From: Candidatus Latescibacterota bacterium
GTDB taxonomy: Bacteria; Latescibacterota; UBA2968; GCA-2709665
Reading direction: 5' to 3'
DNA length: 64,000 nucleotides
Assembly (NCBI GenBank): GCA_965208835.1
Contig: OZ242358.1
Coordinates: 4,192,001-4,256,000 of the forward strand
Below are positions 39,445 to 49,796 of this stretch, piece by piece. The translations under genes were made by a program, and so were the position numbers. The stretch's first letter is position 1, and the number at the start of each line of letters is the position of its first letter. The notes under the pieces were generated by a model, which was not told the origin of the DNA, did not search any database, and saw only the letters and a program-made list of their open reading frames with translations.

Positions 39445-42400
39445 GCTCCTCAGGCAAAACGCCGCAGCACATCAAGCTGGACGAACGCAACCACGTTGAG
39501 AAGCCGCTGCTCGACCAGCTTGCGGGCTTGGGCTGGGATATCATCGACCTGACTGATATGAACCAGACCCCGGCCGAAACCGATCGGGAGAGCTTCACCG
39601 AGGTCGTGATGACGCCTGTGCTGCGCGAGCGGCTCAAGGTCATCAACCCCTGGCTTGAGGACGATCAGATCGAGGAGGTCGTCAAGCGGCTCACCGCGAA
39701 CTTCCCGAGCGCCGGCTTACTGGAGAACAATAGGCACGTGTTCCAGCTCCTTATGGAAAACACCAGCGTCAGCGAGAATCGCCAGAGCGGCGAGAGGAGC
39801 CCGGCTGTCCGGTTCGTGGACTTTACAACCCGCGACAACAACCGCTTCGTCGCGATTTGCCAATTCAAAGTCCGCGTCCTCGGTACCGAGCACCACATCA
39901 TTCCCGACATCGTGCTGTTCCTCAACGGCATGCCGGTAGTGGTGATCGAGTGCAAATCGCCCAAGGTCAAGGACGCGATTCCCGAGGCAATCGATCAGCT
40001 ACTCCGCTACAGCGAGCAGCGCGGGGCCAAGGGGGAAGGGAATGCGCCGCTCTTCTATTACAACCAATTCGTCGTGGCGACCTGCCGGCACGAAGCCAAG
40101 TTCGGTACTATCTCCACGCACACGGAGAAGTACTTCTACCGCTGGGCCGACCCGTATCCTCGGACCGTGGACGAGATGGATCACGGCTCAGGCAGCCCCA
40201 ACGACCAGCAACGTCTCGTCGCCGGTATGCTCGACCGGGACAACCTGCTCGACCTGATTCGCACGTTTACGCTGTTCTCGACGAATGACAAGGGCCAGAC
40301 GATCAAGATCGTGGGCCGCTACCAACAGTTCCGCGCGGTGAAGGTGGCGGTGAAGCGCCTGCTCAAAGGCCGTAATCCTCGCGAGCGCAGCGGGATCATC
40401 TGGCACACCCAGGGGTCCGGCAAGTCGCTCACCATGATGTTCATGGTTCGGGAGATGTACCGTCACGCGCAGCTCTCGAACTGGAAGGTTGTCTTCATCA
40501 CTGACCGTACCCAGTTGGAACAGCAACTCTCCGAGACCAGTCAAAGCATCGGCTTCACGGTGAAACTGGCCGACAGCATCGAGACGCTCAAGAAACTACT
40601 AAGGGCAGACACCTCCGATTTGGTGATGGGGATGATCCACAAGTTCCGCGAGGCGGATCTTACCGAGAGCTTCCCGGAGCTGAACGCCAGCCCTAACATC
40701 CTCGTCATGACTGACGAAGCCCACCGGTCGCAGTACAGGCTGCTTGGGGCCAACCTCGACAAGGGCATTCCCAACGCCGCCAAGATCGGTTACACGGGAA
40801 CGCCGATCGACAAGACCGAGCAGGTGTTCGGCGACTACATAGACAAGTACACGATGCGCCAGTCCATTGTGGACGGCGTGACGCTGGAGATCGTCTACGA
40901 GGGCCGCACGCACAAAGCCGAGGTACCGAAACGGGCCGACTTGGACACGGCATTCGAGGATGTATTCAGCGACTACAACATCACGCAGCGTCTGGACATC
41001 CTTGGGTATGGATCGCGGAAGGCCTATCTCGAAGCAGAGCCCACCATCAAGGCTAAGGCCCAAGACATGGTGACGCACTACCTTGCGCATGTGTTCCCCA
41101 ACGGCTACAAGGCGCAGGTGGTGGCGACGTCACGCGAGGTGGCGGTGCGCTACAAGAAACACCTGGACGCCGCGCTCGCGACGGCAGTCGGAAAGCTGGA
41201 GCAGGCCAACACGGGCAACCTGGACTTGGACCGGCTCAAGGCGATGAAGACGGACGTCGTGATCTCCGGAATCCACAATGACCTGCCCCACCTCAAGGAG
41301 TATTCCGACTCAACACGGCACGATGCGAGCATCAAAAGTTTCAAGCTGTCGTTCGGCGGTCAAGAGGACGGTGTCAACGGAGACATGGGTATCCTGATCG
41401 TCAACAATATGCTGCTAACCGGCTTCGATGCGCCCGTCGAGCAGGTGATGTATCTGGACAAGGTCGTGGTTGCCCATAACCTGCTTCAGGCCATCGCCCG
41501 TGTAAACCGAGTGAGTGGAGAATCCAAGGAGAAGGGCTTCGTGGTGGACTATGTTGGCATTGGCCACCGTCTCAAGAGAGCGATCGAAACCTACGACGAG
41601 CGCGAGCAGAATGAGATTATCGAGGCCTTGAGTTTTCCCGATGAGGAATTGCGTGAACTCAAGGAAGCCCATGCCGACGTGATGACCCTGCTCCTGAAGC
41701 ATGGACTTACGGACATGACCGATCACGACGCCTTCTACGATGTGTTCTATGACGAGGACCTGCGCTTTGACTTCCTGTTGGCGTTCAAACGGTTGACCAA
41801 GGCGCTCAATCTTCTGTTCCCGGCCCGCCAGGCCCTCGAGTTCATGGGCGACTACAAAGCGCTCGCCGAGATAAATGTGCTCGCCGGAAAGCACTTCCGC
41901 GACCAGCGCCTGAGCATGAAGGGTATTCCGGCAAAGCTCCGTGCGATTACGGATGCCCACCTTGAGTCCCGGGGCATCGATGTCAAGGTTCCGCTAATCT
42001 CGATCCTTGACGAGGATTTCGAGAAGGGCGTCGGCGAGCACCACCGGACCAAGACCAAGGCGGCTGAGATCGAACACGCGATCCGCCACCACCTCGACGT
42101 AGACCTGGACGATGATCCGGACCTGCGAGCCTCCTTCGCAGAAGCCCTGGCGGTCATCTTCGAGCAATTCCGGGACAATTGGAATAGGATCTACGAAGAA
42201 CTAGAGAAGTTGCGGACACGCATCATCAATGCCAGCAACGAGCCGACATACGGATTACATCGAAAGAAGCAAATGCCATTCTTTCGAATGTTCCAGCGTG
42301 AGTTGTTCGGTGCAGGTGAGCCGACTGTGGATCAGTCTCGGGTGGATGAGGAACAGGCAGTTAATCGGGTCGACGACGAAGACCGAATCAGCGATCTAGT

Positions 42401-42629
42401 GAATTTGACGCAGCAGATCACTCAGGTTGTCGAGAGAGAGTTGAGATTGGCAGGATTCTGGGAAAGCATCCCGGCCCGCAACAAGCTGAAAGCGGAGATC
42501 CAACAGATCCTGCTCGCGTCTGAGTTTGCCAGCGTGCCCAACCTCATCAAGAATCGTGCCCACATTATTAGCCGAATTATGGAAATCGCTGAAAAAAACA
42601 ACGACATTATTCTCTTTGCGGACGAGTGA
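39441..42629 (+). CDS. hsdR: type I R-M restriction subunit
   Basis: PD...IECK nuclease, HTQGSGKS, DEAH, TGTP, TGFD, QAIARVNR. Confidence 0.96.
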   Translation: MSSSGKTPQHIKLDERNHVEKPLLDQLAGLGWDIIDLTDMNQTPAETDRESFTEVVMTPVLRERLKVINPWLEDDQIEEVVKRLTANFPSAGLLENNRHVFQLLMENTSVSENRQSGERSPAVRFVDFTTRDNNRFVAICQFKVRVLGTEHHIIPDIVLFLNGMPVVVIECKSPKVKDAIPEAIDQLLRYSEQRGAKGEGNAPLFYYNQFVVATCRHEAKFGTISTHTEKYFYRWADPYPRTVDEMDHGSGSPNDQQRLVAGMLDRDNLLDLIRTFTLFSTNDKGQTIKIVGRYQQFRAVKVAVKRLLKGRNPRERSGIIWHTQGSGKSLTMMFMVREMYRHAQLSNWKVVFITDRTQLEQQLSETSQSIGFTVKLADSIETLKKLLRADTSDLVMGMIHKFREADLTESFPELNASPNILVMTDEAHRSQYRLLGANLDKGIPNAAKIGYTGTPIDKTEQVFGDYIDKYTMRQSIVDGVTLEIVYEGRTHKAEVPKRADLDTAFEDVFSDYNITQRLDILGYGSRKAYLEAEPTIKAKAQDMVTHYLAHVFPNGYKAQVVATSREVAVRYKKHLDAALATAVGKLEQANTGNLDLDRLKAMKTDVVISGIHNDLPHLKEYSDSTRHDASIKSFKLSFGGQEDGVNGDMGILIVNNMLLTGFDAPVEQVMYLDKVVVAHNLLQAIARVNRVSGESKEKGFVVDYVGIGHRLKRAIETYDEREQNEIIEALSFPDEELRELKEAHADVMTLLLKHGLTDMTDHDAFYDVFYDEDLRFDFLLAFKRLTKALNLLFPARQALEFMGDYKALAEINVLAGKHFRDQRLSMKGIPAKLRAITDAHLESRGIDVKVPLISILDEDFEKGVGEHHRTKTKAAEIEHAIRHHLDVDLDDDPDLRASFAEALAVIFEQFRDNWNRIYEELEKLRTRIINASNEPTYGLHRKKQMPFFRMFQRELFGAGEPTVDQSRVDEEQAVNRVDDEDRISDLVNLTQQITQVVERELRLAGFWESIPARNKLKAEIQQILLASEFASVPNLIKNRAHIISRIMEIAEKNNDIILFADE

Positions 42630-43315
42630 CGATGGACATTTCCTACTCGGTAAAAAGATCTTCTAAACGAACGAAAGTTACGATCACTATCGAGCGTGAC
42701 AGAAGCGTTGTTGTCCACGCTCCGAATCAGGCGTCCGACGAAGCAATAGCGCGGATAGTCGAAGCCAAACGGCAATGGATCTACGAAAAAACACGTCATA
42801 GCCAGAAATACACGAGCCTCCCTCATCCTCCCGGCAAAGAGCTCGTAAATGGTGAGTCTGCACTATACCTTGGTCGGAGTTATCGTATCGAAATCGTAAA
42901 CAAAGAAACGGAGTGTATCCGGTTTGACCAGCGCTTTCTGATACCTGCGTCGCGTGTGCCTGATAAGAACGGTGCCATGCGTGAGTGGTACATTGAGCGA
43001 GCAAAGAAAAAAATCCTCCCTCGCGTGGTGAAGCAGGCTCGGGAGCTTGGTGTTTCCTTTGGGCAGACGCGCATTGTTGATAATCGATATCGGTGGGGTT
43101 CATGCACAGTTCGTGACAACGTCAACCTGAACTGGCGGTTGATTAAGGCGCCGATCTTTGTCATCGATTACGTTATCGCCCATGAACTCGCCCACCTTTT
43201 GGAACCGAACCATACGTCGCGATTCTGGAACATAGTTAAGACACAAGCACCAACCATGAACAGAGCGCGTGACTGGCTACGAGAAAACGGCCAACTTCTC
43301 GAGGAAGAGGTTTAG
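42626..43315 (+). CDS. YgjP/DUF45 (M48-like) metal-dependent hydrolase commonly following hsdR
   Basis: RWGSC, IDYVIAHELAH, HT..FW; GTGA coupling. Confidence 0.88.
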   Translation: MTMDISYSVKRSSKRTKVTITIERDRSVVVHAPNQASDEAIARIVEAKRQWIYEKTRHSQKYTSLPHPPGKELVNGESALYLGRSYRIEIVNKETECIRFDQRFLIPASRVPDKNGAMREWYIERAKKKILPRVVKQARELGVSFGQTRIVDNRYRWGSCTVRDNVNLNWRLIKAPIFVIDYVIAHELAHLLEPNHTSRFWNIVKTQAPTMNRARDWLRENGQLLEEEV

Positions 43316-43644
43316 CCGGCGGGTATTGTACGGTGTCCATGGTGAGAGTCCTGGGGGCAATAAGCATCACTTCGAACCTAATTTGAATTTCCAGCATCAG
43401 GCGACTGATACCGTCTGCGACCTATTTTGCGGGTCCGATTTCACGGTCACGCAGGAAGCAGAGCGCATTATAACGCTCTCACGGTAGTTGAGTGTTGTGA
43501 TACCAAACCACTGCCCCCGAGACCGAGATTTGCGAATCTGGGACAACGCTGGAAAGAATCGTGCTACATTTCGACCCCTTTGAACATTCTGTCAGGACGC
43601 ATTGATATCTATCTGCAACCCACCCTTTTTCGAACGGAGTACCC

Positions 43645-44562
43645 ATGGCTATTCCAGGCTTCCAATCCATAATGTTGCCTTTGCTGAAGCTCGCCCGTGA
43701 TGGTGAAACTCATAGACTCCGCGATGCTGCGACCATTCTTTCAGAATACTTCGAATTGACGGAAGATGAAATTAAGGAACTCTTGCGGAGTGGACGGCAA
43801 TCACGGTTTCAGAATCGAGTTGGCTGGGCGCGCACGTACCTTTCGAAGGCCGGCCTTCTGGAAACTCCAAAAAGGGGATCCTTTCGTATTACTTCGCGGG
43901 GACTGGATGTCCTAAGTCGGGACCCTGCGGAGATAGATATGAGATTCCTTGAACAATTCGAAGAGTACGTGAATTTCAAGCAGCGCCGTTCCACGCCCAG
44001 AAAGCCCGTAGCTCCAGGAGAGTTTGAGGAATCTCTGTCAACGGCCACGCCAGAAGAATCAATCGAGAATGCCTATTCTGAGTTGACGAAGGGGCTCGCA
44101 GATGAACTGTTGGACAAAGTCAAAAAGTCGCCACCGGAATTCTTCGAACAGCTTGTTGTAGATTTGCTCGTCAAAATGGGTTACGGCGGCTCCCGACAAG
44201 AAGCCGGACAGGCCATAGGCCGAGCCAGAGACGGAGGCATAGACGGGATAATTAAGGAGGACAGCCTTGGTCTGGATATTATCTATATTCAGGCGAAGCG
44301 ATGGGATTCTAACGTCAGTAGACCCGAGGTTCAGAAGTTCGCTGGGGCCCTACAGGGGCAGCGTTCGCGCAAGGGAGTTATAATCACAACCTCCCAATTC
44401 TCGAGTGATGCTACAGACTACGCGGCGAGTATAGATACTAAGATTATCTTAATCGATGGCGACGCCCTCGCCGAACTCATGATTGAACATAGTGTTGGCG
44501 TGACGACCGAGACCACATACGAATTGAAGAGAATTGACTTGGACTACTTTCCAGAGGAGTAG
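43645..44562 (+). CDS. mrr: Mrr type IV restriction endonuclease
   Basis: Mrr N-terminal NRVGWARTYL; FFEQLVVDLL.KMGYG, DGGIDG, IQAKR. Confidence 0.93.
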   Translation: MAIPGFQSIMLPLLKLARDGETHRLRDAATILSEYFELTEDEIKELLRSGRQSRFQNRVGWARTYLSKAGLLETPKRGSFRITSRGLDVLSRDPAEIDMRFLEQFEEYVNFKQRRSTPRKPVAPGEFEESLSTATPEESIENAYSELTKGLADELLDKVKKSPPEFFEQLVVDLLVKMGYGGSRQEAGQAIGRARDGGIDGIIKEDSLGLDIIYIQAKRWDSNVSRPEVQKFAGALQGQRSRKGVIITTSQFSSDATDYAASIDTKIILIDGDALAELMIEHSVGVTTETTYELKRIDLDYFPEE

Positions 44563-44600
44563 GTGTCTATTCAAATGGGCATAAAGTCCCGAGGAAGGCG

Positions 44601-45172
44601 GTGAGTAACAATTGAATCGAAGAACAGTAGTCCGGATGTGAAATGGAACGCGGAAGACATGATGGACATCGTGCGGTCGTTGCAGCGTGTTGTGTAGGAC
44701 ACCGAACGAGGTTCGAAGCAGTCTTTGGAATCGGATCTGCTCCTTTTCAAAAGACAACTACTGGCGGGTGCAATCCTGTTGTCGTTGGCGGCGGAAATCG
44801 CACTGAAGGCGCTGCTTTGCTGGGAAAGGAACGAAGTCCCTGTCAGAACTCATGACTTGCTGAATTTGCACCTGTCCCTGAGTGAGAACACACAAGAATT
44901 AGCTGGAAGCGAGAATGCGAAAGGTGAGCCCGTACTCGATAAGGGCCGACCAGCCAAGTATGCGAAATCTTAATTCAGATGTACAGGAGTTGTTTCACGC
45001 AAAGATGTATCCTCTGCGCGACGTCTTTTGTTCTCACCGTGACTCGCACACGCACTATCGGTACCTCTACGAGAAACACGAAGGCCGTTTCGAAACTGGT
45101 GAAATCAATCACGCACTAAACGTGATCATTGACGTCTACTACGAGAGACGACGTAATTCGGCGCCGATATGA
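44601..45172 (+). pseudogene. degenerate HEPN-like gene
   Basis: SLAAEIALKA...THDL and HYRY motifs; in-frame TAG 44695-44697 and frameshift near 44900. Confidence 0.55.
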
Positions 45173-45344
45173 TAATGTGCTGGCCGCCGCCAACGGTTGA
45201 TCTGATACCAGCCGCGGTTTTGTCGTCTCCCATTCTGTATCCAACCAACCATCACGCATATTCAGTCTATGCCGCTCATCCTGAGACTCCGAAAAATGAT
45301 CCTATCGGGGTCTCTTTCAATTCCAGTGACGAAGTCAGATACAT

Positions 45345-45740
45345 CTCTGGAGCTTTGCCGCGAACACGACGTGGCAGAGCCGCTGATCTGGGTCATTGCG
45401 TCATGGGTAATGACATCGTTCCACAGGCCAACCTCAGAATTGGGAACCCGCACAGGGCTAAAGCAAGAGTAAGGCAAGAGTGGGGCAAGAGTCAAGGCAC
45501 TAGGTCGGCACTAAGTCGGCACCAGGTCGAAATCCTCCGTAACTGCCTGACAGAAAAGGCGATACGGACATTAATGACGTCAGTCAGCAGAACGGACCGA
45601 ACCAGGTCCTGAAACTCCTGTTGAAAGCCGGATGGCTGGCAATGACCTTTCCAAACAAACCGAACAGCAGCAAGCAGAAATACCGGCTGACGGACAAAGG
45701 GCGGAAGCTTATGGCGGAGTTGGGAGAGGTCGACGGTTGA
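45345..45740 (+). pseudogene. 3' remnant of an AlbA/RecG-like regulator (winged-helix C-terminus)
   Basis: frame from 45603 reads QVLKLLLKAGWLAMTFPNKPNSSKQKYRLTDKG, matching the C-terminus of 25263-26906; upstream pieces in other frames; 11-nt linker repeats. Confidence 0.65.
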
Positions 45741-45774
45741 AGAAAGCGCATGGAGAGAGAAGCTGGTCGAAGAA

Positions 45775-45969
45775 ATGGTGGCGTATCACATCGAATTCGA
45801 TGGGCGGCACTTCCTGATCGAAAACGTCCCCGCTCAAGTCAACGTCGAGGCAGGCGAGAAGCACTTCTCACCGGAGACTGTCGAGCGCTTGCAGCGAGTG
45901 GTATCGGAGCGATGCCGTCCCGCTCGAACCATTGAGACACGGGTTTATGAGTATGGATCCCTCGCCTGA
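45775..45969 (+). CDS. YgiT-type (MqsA-like) small protein, Cys-less variant, possibly 5'-damaged
   Basis: IENVPAQVNVEAGEKHFSPETVERLQ. Confidence 0.65.
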   Translation: MVAYHIEFDGRHFLIENVPAQVNVEAGEKHFSPETVERLQRVVSERCRPARTIETRVYEYGSLA

Positions 45970-46040
45970 AGGTTCCGGCGATCGACGGGAAAAGCGGCTC
46001 GTCGGCTCTATTTTCGGAAAATAATGAAGAGGAGAGCTTT

Positions 46041-46661
46041 ATGTACAGGGTCGTGTTTTTCTCAGTACCACTCGCCATTGCTATGTTGGCAAGTCCTGGG
46101 TCGGCATTTGAATCAGCTCTATTTCCCGGAGAAGGTCCTATCAGAATCAGGGCTTCCGGAGATGAGATGGTTTTACGAAAAGCGCCTATGGCTCATGCTG
46201 GCATTGCAGATACGATTCGGCTTGTGAAAGGCGAGATAATCAATTGGAGTAATGCTCGATTTAGGACGGTTGTACCGGGTCTTTTAATTGTGAGTGAGGA
46301 TTGTTCAATTGATGGTAGTCGATACGGTCCGGTCTTCTATCTGTCAAGGACGGATTACTACAGATTTAGCGGCAAGTGGGAGACCTTCAGGTTTTCGAAG
46401 AGAGATACAATCGAATATCTCCAGTATCGTGCGGAGGGTTCCGCATTCCTGAGAATGAATGGTATCGTGATATCAGCCGAATTACTATCTCCAAAATCTG
46501 CGGCGCTAAGAGAAATCCGGAGTCCCCAACTTGAACTTTGGATCGAGGTAGAAGATAGGGATGGTAAGCCGGTTGGTTGGTTTCGGTTGAAGGACGACTT
46601 TGTTCATCGGCAGACACGAGCTATAATGTTCCCAAGCCCCGAATTTCTGCATTCTCAATGA
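46041..46661 (+). CDS. hypothetical secreted protein
   Basis: GAGGAG RBS, signal-peptide-like N-terminus, 206 aa, lower GC. Confidence 0.7.
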   Translation: MYRVVFFSVPLAIAMLASPGSAFESALFPGEGPIRIRASGDEMVLRKAPMAHAGIADTIRLVKGEIINWSNARFRTVVPGLLIVSEDCSIDGSRYGPVFYLSRTDYYRFSGKWETFRFSKRDTIEYLQYRAEGSAFLRMNGIVISAELLSPKSAALREIRSPQLELWIEVEDRDGKPVGWFRLKDDFVHRQTRAIMFPSPEFLHSQ

Positions 46662-46882
46662 AGAGGCCCTGACCATTCACGGTTTGTGCCACGGCCGGTG
46701 ATGGCAGGATCGGATCAACAAGATAGCGCGCGAGGTCTCGCACGCCAGGTGGAGAAGCAAGCAAGGGATTGCTGGAACTGTTGCTCAAATCGAGACTCCG
46801 GGACACGGTCATTTCGGGGTCTCTTGCAATTTCAGATGCAAAATGACTATCATACGTGACCTTGCTTGCATATGGTAAGGCA

Positions 46883-46976
46883 TTGACACCCCCCACCGCA
46901 TCAGCCGTCGCCGGGCCCTTCGACAGGCTCAGGGACCGGCGTGGCTTCTGCGACTCCCCCTCAAGGGGGGAGTGAT
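46883..46976. repeat. palindromic repeat carrying one CCCTTCGACAGGCTCAGGG unit
   Basis: CACCCCCCACCGCATCAGCCG...GGCTTCTGCGACTCCCCCTCAAGGGGGGAGT; expanded copy at 49813-50165. Confidence 0.8.
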
Positions 46977-47127
46977 TGTGACGTGATTGTGCGACTGCCG
47001 GTATCGAATGCCTCCACCAGGTGGCTTGATCTCGGTTTGTCGCTGGTCGGCGCTTCCTCATACGAGAAGCGATATCGGCCACTTTGGCGGCGAGCTTGAC
47101 GCCGTAGTCAGGAAGAAAGGATAGCCC

Positions 47128-48270
47128 ATGGATATCGCGTGGATTCGCGGTCAGATACCGGGCCTGAAACACGGCGTTTACCTTAACACCGCTGGAATCG
47201 GTCTGTCGCCGGTCAGTGTGAACAAGGCGGTCGCCGAGGGCTATCAGCAGTTGCGCAGCGGCAGTGTCAGTACGAGCGACTGGTACGCCGCAATGAGAGA
47301 GGCCGAGGACGAATTGCCGGCCAAAATCGCCGGCTTCTTCGGAGCCGATGCAGGGGAAATCGCGCTGACGATGAGCACCGGCGAAGGTTACGGTATGGTG
47401 CTCGGCGGGCTGCGGTGGCAACCGGGAGACGAGGTTCTCATAACCAATGAGGAACATCCGGTACCCCTTCAGGCCGCCCAGGGTCTGGCGGACCGTGAAG
47501 GGGCGATCGTCAAAGTGGTCGAACTCGACCACGATAAAGACCTTTTTCTGCGCCGGGTGGAGCAAACGATCACCCCGCGTACCCGGCTGATCTGTTTCAG
47601 CCATGTCACGACGGATTGGGGGACCCGGTTGCCCGCCCGCGAGATCTGCGGGCTGGCACGGGCCCGCGGCATTTTCACGCTTTGGGATGGCTGTCAGGCC
47701 GTCGGGCAGTTTCCGGTGAACCTGCATGAAATAGGCTGCGACTTCTACGCCACCAACGGCTACAAATGGTTGGTCTCGCCGATGGGTACTGGCTTTCTCT
47801 ATGTGAGGAAAGGCGCGCAGCAATTCTTGAAGCCGCTGCGGCAACCGCACGCTCCCGATGGTACGGCCCGGCAGTACGAGACAGGAACGCGGGCGAGCGT
47901 GCTCTACCTGGGTCTCGGCGCGGGTCTCGATTTTTTGGCCGGCATCGGCGGGCCGCAGCCCATCGCCGCGGAGGCGGGACCAAAGGCGGAATCGCTTCGC
48001 GAACGCCTGGACGCCATTCCCGGTGTGCGGATCATCGGCTCACGCCGCGCCGAAACCCGGACCGCCATCGTCGCCTTCTCCATCGAGGGCATGGATGGGA
48101 ACGAAGTCTCTGACGCACTCCGGAACCGCTGGAAGATCGCCCAACGGGCGACCAACATCAACGAACCTACCGGTGTGCGGATTTCGGTGGCGTTCTACAC
48201 CAGCGACTCGGAGCTGGAAACGCTCGTTGAAGCGATCACGACACTGGCGGGCGAAAAAGGGAATCGGTAA
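47128..48270 (+). CDS. aminotransferase class V PLP-dependent enzyme (cysteine desulfurase/desulfhydrase or isopenicillin N epimerase-like)
   Basis: YLNTA, EEHP, SHV, DGCQ, NGYKW (PLP lysine), RIS..FY. Confidence 0.88.
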   Translation: MDIAWIRGQIPGLKHGVYLNTAGIGLSPVSVNKAVAEGYQQLRSGSVSTSDWYAAMREAEDELPAKIAGFFGADAGEIALTMSTGEGYGMVLGGLRWQPGDEVLITNEEHPVPLQAAQGLADREGAIVKVVELDHDKDLFLRRVEQTITPRTRLICFSHVTTDWGTRLPAREICGLARARGIFTLWDGCQAVGQFPVNLHEIGCDFYATNGYKWLVSPMGTGFLYVRKGAQQFLKPLRQPHAPDGTARQYETGTRASVLYLGLGAGLDFLAGIGGPQPIAAEAGPKAESLRERLDAIPGVRIIGSRRAETRTAIVAFSIEGMDGNEVSDALRNRWKIAQRATNINEPTGVRISVAFYTSDSELETLVEAITTLAGEKGNR

Positions 48271-48368
48271 CAGGAGAAACGCCGATTGCTTTCGCCGTTA
48301 CGGTAAACGAGGTTATGCCGGCACGCCGCGGCGTGGTCGGCCGGAAGCGACGTTGACAGACACTCTTC

Positions 48369-48397
48369 TTGACGTTCGCGTCCCGATCCTGTATATT
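48369..48397 (+). promoter_or_regulatory. sigma70-type promoter for the AAA_14-DUF4143 gene
   Basis: TTGACG-17 bp-TATATT. Confidence 0.6.
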
Positions 48398-48412
48398 TCC
48401 ACCTCGCAGGCA

Positions 48413-48474
48413 TTCGACAATTGGACGCTCTCTTAACCAGCAATTGGACGCCAATGAATCCGACAAATGGACGC
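48413..48474 (+). repeat. triad of CAA(T/A)TGGACGC direct repeats, 23-bp period, upstream of the ATPase gene
   Basis: motif starts at 48418, 48441, 48464; third copy contains the ATG. Confidence 0.9.
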
Positions 48475-49714
48475 TAGCCGTTCCCTGTTTCCCCGCTCAC
48501 TGGAACCCGTCATCCGGGAGGCACTGGCCGACACGCCGGTGGTCTGTGTGCTTGGACCTCGGCAGTGCGGGAAAACGACGCTCGTGCGGCAACTCGCGCC
48601 CGACCGCGCATACGTCAGCCTGGACGAGCACAACTACCGTCAGACCGCCCTGGCGGATCCTGCAGGTTTCGTCGCCAGCCTGCCGGATGCGGTGACGCTT
48701 GACGAGGTGCAACGGGCGCCGGCGATTCTCCCGTCCATCAAGCACGCCGTGGACCAGGACCGACGTCCCGGTCGATTCGTGCTGACCGGCTCGGCCAATC
48801 TGTTGATGGTACCGACCGTAACTGAATCCCTTGCCGGACGGATGGAAATCGCGCAGTTGCATCCATTGACGGAATCCGAAAAAGCGCGCGCGCCAGGCCG
48901 CTTCCTCAGCGACCTGTTGAACGGCACGATCGAGCCGGGAATCAGGCAGGAGGCGACGCCCGAAGCGCAGTCACTGCCTGACCGACTGGTCGCCGGCGGA
49001 TACCCCGAACCGCTGACGCGCACGCCCGTGCGCTCCCGGCAATGGCACAGGCAGTATCTGCGTAGCATCATCGATCGGGACGTGCAGGACGTGGCGCGGT
49101 TGAGAGATGCGCACGAATTGTCCCGCCTGTTGGAGCTGTTGGCCCTTCGCAGCGCCGGACTGTTGAACACCAGCAATCTGGCCGATACCCTCGGCCTGCA
49201 CCGGTCGACGGTCAATCACTACATCGCGGTGCTCGAGCGGCTCTTTCTGGTGCGACGCCTTCCCGCGTGGCATCGGAACCCGGCCAAACGGCTCATCAGA
49301 TCACCCAAGATCCATTTCCTCGATACCGGGCTGGCCGCAACCCTCGCCGACCTGACCGCGTACGACTGGCTCGGCAGGAGGGACCGCATGGGACATCTGT
49401 TGGAGTCCTTCGTGGTGCAGCAACTCATTGCCCAGGCCACATGGACGGAACCGGATTTGCGTTTCTGGCATTATAGAGACAAGGATCGGGTGGAAGTCGA
49501 TATCGTCATTACCCGGGGTCAGAAAACCTGGGGCATTGAAGTCAAAGCCGCCCGTACGCTCGCCCCTGGAGACGGGAAGGGGCTTGTGCGGCTCGCGGAT
49601 CGCTGCGGCGAGGATTTCGAGTCCGGCGTGCTGCTTTACGCGGGCCGCGATCGTCTCCCGCTTGCGGACAAGCGCATGCTCGCGGTGCCGCTGTGCGAAT
49701 TGTGGGAGCGATAG
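48467..49714 (+). CDS. AAA+ ATPase (AAA_14) with DUF4143 and C-terminal PD-(D/E)XK-like motif
   Basis: GPRQCGKT, LDEVQ, LTGS, ESLAGR, GGYP, DTGL, EVD...IEVK. Confidence 0.92.
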   Translation: MDASRSLFPRSLEPVIREALADTPVVCVLGPRQCGKTTLVRQLAPDRAYVSLDEHNYRQTALADPAGFVASLPDAVTLDEVQRAPAILPSIKHAVDQDRRPGRFVLTGSANLLMVPTVTESLAGRMEIAQLHPLTESEKARAPGRFLSDLLNGTIEPGIRQEATPEAQSLPDRLVAGGYPEPLTRTPVRSRQWHRQYLRSIIDRDVQDVARLRDAHELSRLLELLALRSAGLLNTSNLADTLGLHRSTVNHYIAVLERLFLVRRLPAWHRNPAKRLIRSPKIHFLDTGLAATLADLTAYDWLGRRDRMGHLLESFVVQQLIAQATWTEPDLRFWHYRDKDRVEVDIVITRGQKTWGIEVKAARTLAPGDGKGLVRLADRCGEDFESGVLLYAGRDRLPLADKRMLAVPLCELWER

Positions 49715-49734
49715 GGACAGGCCAAGCGTATCTA

Positions 49735-49796
49735 TTCGACAAATGGACGCATAGTTAATCGACAATTGGACGCTAATGAAATCGACAATTGGACGC
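49735..49796 (+). repeat. triad of CAA(T/A)TGGACGC direct repeats, 23-bp period, downstream of the ATPase gene
   Basis: motif starts at 49740, 49763, 49786. Confidence 0.9.

Noticed and set aside
43348-43523. GGGGGCA...TGCCCCC inverted pair between ygjP-like gene and mrr as a MITE
   Set aside because: Short imperfect match, no clear target duplication, single copy in window.
24000-46000. Integrative element or prophage carrying the defence island
   Set aside because: No integrase, tRNA, att-like direct repeats, conjugation or phage genes detected.
48413-49796. 23-bp-period triads as a mini-CRISPR or plasmid origin
   Set aside because: Spacers are only 12 bp and similar between triads; no cas or Rep gene and no AT-rich unwinding region.
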